Origin: Octopus sinensis
Lineage: Eukaryota
Direction of reading: 5' to 3'
DNA length: 5,844 nt
NCBI RefSeq assembly: GCF_006345805.1
Contig: NW_021829840.1
Coordinates: 1 to 5,844 of the forward strand
Below are positions 1 through 5,844 of this stretch, piece after piece. The notes under the pieces are model-generated. The model was not told the origin of the DNA and did not search any database. It saw nothing but the letters and a program-made list of their open reading frames with translations. Made by a program: the position numbers and the translations under genes. Numbering within the stretch: position 1 is the first letter of the stretch; the number at the start of each line of letters is the position of its first letter.

Positions 1-213
1 TAACCAATCTGCCACCTTTAAGTAATTATGTTAGGGATAATCAAGCAGAAGGGATCTACAACCAGTACATATGCTTTCGTTTGCCGAATGACCCTCCCAG
101 AATAAAATTGTTAGTTAGAGAATCGAGAAGTGAATAAAATGTGGACATATCAACCTTGGCACTTAAAATATTTAAACAAATTCTTTTATTCTTTTACTCT
201 TCTACTGGTTTCA

Positions 214-440
214 TATTTCTTTATTGCCCACAAGGGGCTACACACAGAGGGGGAAAACAAGGACAGACAAACGGATTAAGTCGATTATATCGACCCCAGT
301 GCATAAATGTTACTTATTTAATCGACCTAGAGATTATGAAAGGCAAAGTCGACCTCGGTGGAATTTGAACTCAGAAAGTAGCGGCAGACGAAATATCGCT
401 ATTTCGCCCGGCGTGCTAACGTTTCTGCCAGCTCGCCGCC
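214..440 (-). mobile_element. tRNA-derived SINE, family B, near full length (B1)
   Basis: The minus strand starts GGCGGCGAGCTGGCAGAAACGTTAGCAC (A-box-like) and has B box GTTCAAATTCC (360-370). It continues with the central GAGGTCGACTTTGCCTTTCAT...AAATAAGTA domain and a GTCGA-N5-TCGAC hairpin (280-294). It aligns with the copies at 3693, 4415 and 4634. Assignment to octopus SINEs is from memory. Confidence 0.9.
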
Positions 441-449
441 TTATAACTA

Positions 450-662
450 ACTCTTACTTGTTTCAGTCATTTCACTGCGGCCATGTTGGAGCATCACGTT
501 TAGTCGAGCAAATCGACCCCAGGACTTATTCTTTATAAGCCTAGTACTTATTCTATCGTTCTCGTTTGCCGAACCGCTATGTTACTTTGACGTAAACACA
601 CCAGCATCGGTTGTCGAGTGACGTTGGGGGCAAACACAGACATACAAACATATACGCACACA

Positions 663-666
<4 letters not shown>
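450..666 (-). mobile_element. SINE family A, 3' half only (A1), truncated at its internal microsatellite
   Basis: Collinear with 3966-4190 (ctcttacttgtttcagtcatt...caaacacagac) but more diverged. The tRNA-like head found in the other two copies is absent after the (TA)n tract. Confidence 0.9.
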
Positions 667-702
<36 letters not shown>

Positions 703-720
703 CATATACACACATACATA
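667..720. repeat. (TA)n followed by (TACA)/(CA) microsatellite
   Basis: Read directly; (TA)n at 667-698, then TACA/CA units. Confidence 0.95.
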
Positions 721-789
721 CTTTCTTATATACACGCACGCACACCTTCGTTTTGGGATCACCACTATTATCTCCCCTTTTTCCTACCT

Positions 790-950
790 CTCCTATGCGA
801 ACACTCTGTCCGGTATTTGCCATGATAGATCGCTAGCCACTATGCATTCTTTATTTTCTCTCCTTGTTTCTTTCTGTGTTCCTTTCTGTGGAAGAGAGTA
901 GGCTCGAAACGTTAAAGACTTTTTCACTCCGCGAGCGTTAAACTAATACA
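790..950 (+). mobile_element. Probable Penelope-like (PLE) terminal-repeat fragment with a degenerate hammerhead-like motif
   Basis: GAAGA-GAG-TAGG-CTC-GAAAC at 891-910 matches the GA-stem-GAAAC signature typical of PLE pseudo-LTRs. Boundaries are approximate and no RT or GIY-YIG coding sequence was recognised. Confidence 0.45.
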
Positions 951-1050
951 TCTCACATCAATATAACAATGTTAACAATTAGATACTGGAGTGTAATACT
1001 GGAATAAGCAGACGTGCTTCAAGAGATCACGGCTTAGATTTTGCCCCACC

Positions 1051-1107
1051 TACATACATGCTTGCATACATACATACATATATGCAATACATACATACAT
1101 ACATACA

Positions 1108-1158
<51 letters not shown>

Positions 1159-1169
1159 TATATATATAT
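1051..1169. repeat. Compound (TACA)n/(TA)n microsatellite
   Basis: Read directly. Confidence 0.95.
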
Positions 1170-1623
1170 TAACATATGTCAGAAATAATTCAGATTCAGT
1201 TGAATCTTTATATACACATGTATATACATATATTTTTTCTTGTTCGTATATATGTGTATGCCATATTTTTATACTGTTATATTTGTTTATATCATTACAT
1301 ACTTTAAGACTTTTCTTAATTGTTAAAATATGCTATATACTAATATTTTAAAATAAGCTTCTCTGTTACAGAACCATTTATCTTGTTTTCTTTGTTTTTT
1401 ATCCTTTCTTTTCAATCACTAGGCAATGTGTACCTCCTTCCTTGATATATCATGAATATAAGTTAGGCTCATTGTTTGAATGGCTTATCATGACCACCTG
1501 TATTTTCTACTAGGATGAATTATTACGAAGTTCTTTTGTTATATATAAGTAATCTTCCTGTTTAGTGCTTAAATTTGTCTATTTACCTTATTATCTTATC
1601 TGGTCCTTATATCACTTCCTATA

Positions 1624-2005
1624 TCTTTATATATAAAAGTGAGGTTGTGTGCTGTCTGTCTCCTACGATTTAGATTCCACATTTTGCGGTGTAGTTTAAC
1701 CAAAACCGGGTATCTTATAGTCGTGATTCATATCGAGCCCTTCTGGGTATTAGCGCGCGTCTACGATGAGTCTACGATTTAAAAAAAATTACCATAAATT
1801 TTTCCCATTTTTAATGCATTTTTGGCATATATAAGGGAAGTAACTCTCTAAAAATTTATTGTTAAATCTCAAAGTGTAATCTACAGTAACACGCCCCCCC
1901 TTTGTGGTTAGCCATATTGAGATGGCCATTATACTTTACATCTCTAAAAATGCTTATATAGTTATTTCCCTTACAAAACCGAGCAACGCCGGGCGATACT
2001 GCTAG
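1624..2005 (+). mobile_element. Non-autonomous Helitron (~382 bp)
   Basis: 5' A|TCTTTATATATAAAA (an alternative A|TC start is possible at 1612) and 3' CTAG|T at 2002-2006. A GC-rich subterminal hairpin CCG(A)GC-AAC-GCCGG (1979-1992) ends 9 nt before CTAG. Insertion is between A and T with no TSD and there is no Rep/helicase ORF. Confidence 0.85.
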
Positions 2006-2222
2006 TACTAAATATAATAATACATAGATTTTGCTTTACTTTGATTATATCTATTTTTTTCCCTTCAATACTCCTAATGCCCATGTAGAACTCATTGTAG
2101 CGTCCTATATTTTCTACCGTAGGCCGCTTTATCTGATAATAATAAAAAGAGTTTATGCCACCGCCACCCTACCTTATTTTCTGGACATTTTCCACTATCT
2201 AAATAACTTCCTCTGAGAATTT

Positions 2223-2246
2223 TGTGTGTGTGTGTGTGTGTGTGTG
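2223..2246. repeat. (TG)12 microsatellite
   Basis: Read directly. Confidence 0.97.
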
Positions 2247-2670
2247 GTCAAGTGAATCTACAGCCATAGAGAATTAGGGCTTGAGAGAATATTAAACAAT
2301 ATAAATTTATGACCAGCAACTAGAATTTAACTGTCAACTCCTAGTGTCGTAATACTAGCTGCATTAAGTCTTTAGATGATGATAAGAAGGTAGATAAAAA
2401 TTGTAGCTAAATTCCCTATCTCGCGGCCCCGCTCTGTTTCCATTTCTGCCATTCCAAAATTATAGTAGTTTCTCTTTAAGGTTATTCTACCATATTAGTA
2501 GCAGCATGGAATTCTTTCCTTCTCTAACTCTGATGAAATATTTGCTAAAAATTACAATAGAATATCCGGGCTGTTGAAAATTTGTATTTTGCAACTGAAG
2601 ATAGCGCTGTATTTCAAATTGATGTAATGCTTGCATTAACACCTTGACATCCTTGTTACTTATTTGTTTT

Positions 2671-2800
2671 ATATACATTATATACATACATACATACAGA
2701 TATATATAAATACATACATATATACATACATACATACATACATACTACATATACATACATACATACATACATATATATATATAAATATATACATACATCA

Positions 2801-2855
<55 letters not shown>

Positions 2856-2859
2856 ATAT
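2671..2859. repeat. Long compound (TACA)n/(TA)n microsatellite
   Basis: Read directly; source of the YIYI/CMYV-type spurious ORFs. Confidence 0.95.
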
Positions 2860-2927
2860 TGATAGAAATGGCAAGACAACAAAACGATAAAAGAGACCTC
2901 GATATTATGTAAATAGAGGAATTTATT

Positions 2928-3079
2928 TGTAAAATAATATGTGACAATTATTCGGTAGCCATGATAAAACTCCGAATTTCAGATGTCGGTGCGGAAACCC
3001 ACGCCGGCATCTCTTCAGTTATCGGGCCATCGAAAAAAAAGCTCCGAAACTCGAATAATTGTCACATATTATATTTACA
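2928..3079. repeat. Inverted repeat, arms 2928-2954 and 3052-3079
   Basis: ataatatgtgacaattattcg (2934-2954) is the exact reverse complement of 3052-3072. The match extends to 27/28 bp with one indel. Confidence 0.95.
2956..3029 (-). ncRNA. Type I hammerhead ribozyme motif (possibly inactivated copy)
   Basis: Minus strand: stem I UGGCC-C-GAUAA / UUAUC-AU-GGCUA; core CUGAAGA (3018-3012); 13-bp stem II GAUGCCGGCGUGG-GUUU-CCGCACCGACAUC with two C-A mismatches; one extra U (2981); GAAA (2980-2977); short stem III AUU-CGG-AGU; cleavage triplet GUU (2970-2968). Confidence 0.8.
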
Positions 3080-3092
3080 TATATATATATAA

Positions 3093-3262
3093 GCGCAGGA
3101 GTGGCTGTGTGGTAAGTAGCTTGCTAACCAACCACATGGTTTCGGGTTCAGTCCCACTGCGTGGCATCTTGGGCAAGTGTCTTCTGCTATAGCCCTGGGC
3201 CGACCAATGCCTTGTGAGTGGATTTGGTAGACGGAAACTGAAAGAAGCCTGTCGTATATATG

Positions 3263-3294
<32 letters not shown>

Positions 3295-3519
3295 AGTGTT
3301 TGTGTTTGTGTGTTTGTCCCCCTAGCATTGCTTGACAACCGATGCTGGTGTGTTTACGTCCCTGTCACTTAGCGGTTCGGCAAAAAGAGACCGATAGAAT
3401 AAGTACTGGGCTTACAAAGAATAAGTCCCGGGGTCGATTTGCTCGACTAAAGGTGGTGCTCCAGCATGGCCGCAGTCAAATGACTGAAACAAGTAAAAGA
3501 GAAAAAGAGAAAGAGAAAG
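3093..3519 (+). mobile_element. SINE family A, full length (A2)
   Basis: Head GCGCAGGAG with A box TGGCTGTGTGG (3102-3112) and B box GGTTCAGTCCC (3145-3155). It has a CORE-like CTTGGGCAAGTGTCTT, an internal (TA)/(TG) tract, a GTCGA-N5-TCGAC hairpin (3433-3447) and a purine-rich (AAAGAG) tail. It is flanked by (TA)n on both sides. Confidence 0.93.
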
Positions 3520-3520
3520 G

Positions 3521-3560
3521 TATATATATATATATATATTTATTTATTTATTTATTTATT
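3521..3560. repeat. (TA)n + (TTTA)n microsatellite
   Basis: Read directly. Confidence 0.93.
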
Positions 3561-3692
3561 GCTACCCCAATATATATGATTTTGCAAATTTACAACGACT
3601 TATATACTCTAATTTATTTTTGCCTTCTTTGAATGTTGGAATATTTTCTACGTTAGAGCTTTTGATTGTTATTTCTGTCTTCCATATTTTGA

Positions 3693-3865
3693 GGCGGGGC
3701 GCGAACAGAATCGTTAGTACGTTAGACAAAATGCGTAACGGCTTATCTTCAGGCTCGTCACGGTCTATGTTTAAATTTTTCTACCGAAGTTTACTCCACC
3801 TTCTTTCTCTTTGGGGTCGATTAAATAAGAACTGGTCGAACTCTGGGGTCAATTTCATCGACTAA
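3693..3865 (+). mobile_element. SINE family B, old diverged copy (B2)
   Basis: GGCGG...AGAATCGTTAGTAC head, TTTGGGGTCGATTAAATAAG central domain and GGGGTCAATTTCATCGACTAA hairpin. The B box is decayed and the 3' end is uncertain. Confidence 0.75.
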
Positions 3866-3965
3866 ACCATCATGTGAAATCGTTATCTTCCCTACTTTAA
3901 TTTCATTTCTCTCAACTTTTCTCCCCGTTTGAAATGTTCCTTTAGTTATTTGATGTTCTGTCATA

Positions 3966-4372
3966 CTCTCTTACTCTTTTACTTGTTTCAGTCATTTGAC
4001 TGCGGCCATGCTGGAGCACCGCCTTTAGTCGAGCAAATCGACCCCGGGACCTATTCTTTGTAAGCCCAGTACTTATTCTATCGATCTCTTTTGCCGAACC
4101 GCTAGGTGACGGGGACGTAAACACACCAGCATCGGTTGTCAAGCAATGCTAGGGGGACAAACACAGACACACAACATATACCACACACTTATATATATAT
4201 ACATATATACGACAGGCTTCTTTCAGTTTCCGTCTACCAAATCCACTCACAAGGCATTGGTCGGCCCGGGGCTATAGTAGAAGACACTAGCCCAAGATGC
4301 CACGCAGTGGTACTGAACCCGGAACCATGTGGTTGGTTAGCAAGCTACTTACCACACAGCCACTCCTGCGCC
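3966..4372 (-). mobile_element. SINE family A, full length (A3)
   Basis: Reverse complement of A2, with about 11 differences over ~345 nt outside the microsatellite by manual alignment. The B box reads GGTTCAGTACC. Confidence 0.93.
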
Positions 4373-4414
4373 TACGTTGTAATATGTTTAAATTCATTAT
4401 TGTATCTTTTCTAA

Positions 4415-4627
4415 GGCGGCAACCTGACAATCGTTACCACATGGAAGATGCTTAACGGCATATCGTCCATCTTTAGGTTCTGAGTTAATATTCCGCCGAG
4501 GTCGACGTTGCCTTTGAGCTTTTCGGGATCGATGAAATATGTACCAGCTATACACTTGAGTCGATGGAATCGAAGTTCTCCCGCCCCATAATTTCAGACC
4601 TTGTGCCTTTAGTAGAAATGATTATTA
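4415..4627 (+). mobile_element. SINE family B (B3), CCTTGTGCCT..AGTAGAAA tail type
   Basis: GGCGGC head, decayed B box GTTAATATTCC (4484-4494), GAGGTCGACGTTGCCTTT domain, GTCGATGGAATCGA hairpin (4560-4573) and tail ccttgtgcctttagtagaaatgattatta. Confidence 0.85.
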
Positions 4628-4633
4628 CACCTT

Positions 4634-4826
4634 AGAATCGTTAGCAAGTGGGGCAAAATCCTTAGCAGCATTTCGTCCGTCTTTACGCTCTGAGTTCAAA
4701 TTCCACCGTGGCTGGTTTTGATTTCATGCTTTTTGGGATCAATAAAATAAGTACCGGTCAAGTAATGCATTCGACCAGCCTTTTTCTGTCAAATTTCAGC
4801 CCTTGTGCCTATTGTAGAGAGACATA
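4634..4826 (+). mobile_element. SINE family B (B4), missing first ~13 nt, in tandem with B3
   Basis: AGAATCGTTAGCA head remnant, intact B box GTTCAAATTCC (4694-4704), AAAATAAGTACC and tail aaatttcagcccttgtgcctattgtagagag. Confidence 0.85.
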
Positions 4827-4983
4827 TCACACCTTTTCATGGGTGGAATTATTTAAAATCTTATATTTCTCCCTAAAATTTGGATTGCAGTTACTGAACA
4901 TGAATGCCTCTTCCCGCTTAAAGTATCAAGTATAAACGTTTATATATAAAATTGTAAGCACACTGATAATTAGATACCAATTA

Positions 4984-5549
4984 TTGGGTTGTCCGGAAAG
5001 TTCGTGCCGATGTTTAAAGGAAAGAAAAAGGTCAATAAATACTTACCATTACATTTTTAATCAACCAAATATAAACCATTTTGTTGCACAATGCGTCTCC
5101 ATCTTTCCTTTAATTTGGAAATACCCTATTCCCAGAATTGAGGTGGTTTCATGGCAAAGAATTCATCAAGGTATCATTATACGTCATCCAAGGAATTGAA
5201 ATTTTTACTATTAAGACTATTCTGCAGAGGCCTGAATAGGTGGAAATCCGAAGGAGCAATATCTGGGGAATATGGAGGGTGGGGTAACACATCCCAGCCG
5301 AACTGCAGCAATTTTTGTCTGGTTCCCCAAGCATCAAGTGCCGAAAATAAACTTTCTTATCTTCCATTTTAAAGGGTTACATAATTAACACAGATTATAG
5401 GAACATGAATCTTCTTCCACGAAAAGATAGCTTAAACTGTGCTCTAAATGGAGGTGTAGTCAAATCCTATTTTATAGACTTAACCATGTCCGAAAATAAG
5501 CCGAAAGGTAAGCTACTATAAATCGGCAGGAACTTTCCGGACAACCCAA
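4984..5549 (-). mobile_element. Mariner (Tc1/mariner) DNA transposon, internally deleted non-autonomous copy, 566 bp
   Basis: 28-bp TIRs TTGGGTTGTCCGGAAAGTTC(G/C)TGCCGAT at 4984-5011 and 5522-5549 (27/28 identical). TA duplication at 4982-4983 and 5550-5551. Transposase remnants lie on the minus strand. Confidence 0.96.
5057..5367 (-). pseudogene. Mariner transposase pseudogene (N-terminal 13 aa joined out of frame to the C-terminal ~89 codons)
   Basis: MEDKKVYFRHLML from the ATG at 5367. In another frame from 5326: GTRQKLLQFGWDVLPHPPYSPDIAPSDFHLFRPLQNSLNSKNFNSLDDV**YLDEFFAMKPPQFWE*GISKLKERWRRIVQQNGLYLVD*. The YSPD(L/I)APSD motif is at 5272-5246, premature stops are at 5179, 5176 and 5128, and the terminal TAA is at 5059-5057. 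Confidence 0.95.
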
Positions 5550-5844
5550 TATTATCTAATGATAACAATATTTACAACCATTAGTAAATCTGTATCCCTT
5601 TTAGCCACCCAGTTTAAATACAATCATTTAGTCTTTATATATTTACCCCCATCAGCAGAATTTGAAAATAGTATTAACAATTATAACCATTACTATCCAA
5701 CGACACAGCAATAATTCACAGTGATTTACGCATTTTTCATTTATATTAATAATCATCATAAGCCACAGGCAAGTTTACATCCTTTTCTAGAAGTACCCGG
5801 TGGCAACTATCTTCTCCCGCGCCTTCTGTAATATTTATGAGTAT

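Larger units (their letters stand above)
2861..3079 (-). mobile_element. Hammerhead-bearing retroelement fragment (Penelope-like pLTR or retrozyme-like) plus a short inverted partial copy at 3043-3079
   Basis: Contains a type I hammerhead fold (2956-3029). Segment 3043-3079 is an inverted, internally deleted copy of 2928-2983. The fragment is bounded by TA-rich tracts on both sides. The PLE assignment is inferred from the ribozyme type and the inverted duplication. Confidence 0.65.

Noticed and set aside
63-88. 12-nt exact match TCGTTTGCCGAA (77-88) to SINE A1 (562-573)
   Set aside because: Too short, and the flanks do not align convincingly. It could be a very old fragment or chance.
745-800. 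Possible GIY-YIG C-terminal remnant (TFVLGSPLLSP) upstream of the PLE-like motif
   Set aside because: Similarity to PLE endonuclease ends is too weak to support by eye.
548-1351. ORFs 548-823, 577-765, 611-901 and 1058-1351 with YIYI/CVCM runs
   Set aside because: They are translations of stop-free (TA)n/(TACA)n microsatellites plus SINE sequence, with no protein-like content.
1514-1548. Possible 35-nt micro-exon (tattttctactag|GATGAA...TATAA|gtaatc)
   Set aside because: AG/GT pairs like this are common in AT-rich DNA. There is no recognisable peptide or neighbouring exon, and RNA-seq would be needed.
2487-2874. Minus-strand ORFs 2487-2735 and 2656-2874
   Set aside because: They start within the microsatellite. 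The unique part (NKDVKVLMQ...LLLIW) resembles no family I recognise and has no convincing splice context. A tblastx or RNA-seq check would settle it.
3093-3165. tRNA gene (also at the other SINE heads)
   Set aside because: A and B boxes are present, but there is no complete cloverleaf or acceptor stem and the sequence runs directly into SINE body.
3062-4414. Duplicated peptides (MSSNARGTNT..., EIDRISTGLTKN...) in ORFs 3075-3338, 3342-3632, 3942-4142 and 4136-4414, suggesting paralogous small genes
   Set aside because: The similarity comes entirely from the two family A SINE copies.
280-4574. Recurrent palindromic GTCGA-N5-TCGAC units as CRISPR-like repeats
   Set aside because: They are irregularly spaced, on both strands and each embedded in a SINE. 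There is no repeat-spacer periodicity and no cas gene, and the context is eukaryotic.
4984-5372. Plus-strand ORFs 4984-5199 and 5151-5372, and ORF 5149-5367 as a functional protein
   Set aside because: They are antisense or out-of-frame readings of the mariner transposase remnant. Only the first 13 aa of 5149-5367 are in the transposase frame.

Overview
This is repeat-saturated, AT-rich eukaryotic non-coding DNA. From memory (no database check), its SINEs resemble octopus/coleoid cephalopod tRNA-derived SINEs. No intact protein-coding gene is supported: the ORF track is made up of microsatellite read-throughs, SINE-derived frames and pieces of a dead transposase. The window holds three copies of a long tRNA-headed SINE with an internal microsatellite (family A), four copies of a shorter tRNA-headed SINE (family B), a ~380 bp non-autonomous Helitron, a 566 bp internally deleted mariner with TIRs and a TA duplication, and several (TA)n/(TACA)n/(TG)n tracts. 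The most notable feature is a complete type I hammerhead ribozyme fold on the minus strand (2956-3029), carrying two or three core-adjacent changes. It sits in a probable Penelope-like/retrozyme-like fragment and is enclosed by a 21-bp perfect inverted repeat. A second, more degenerate hammerhead-like motif lies at 889-921.
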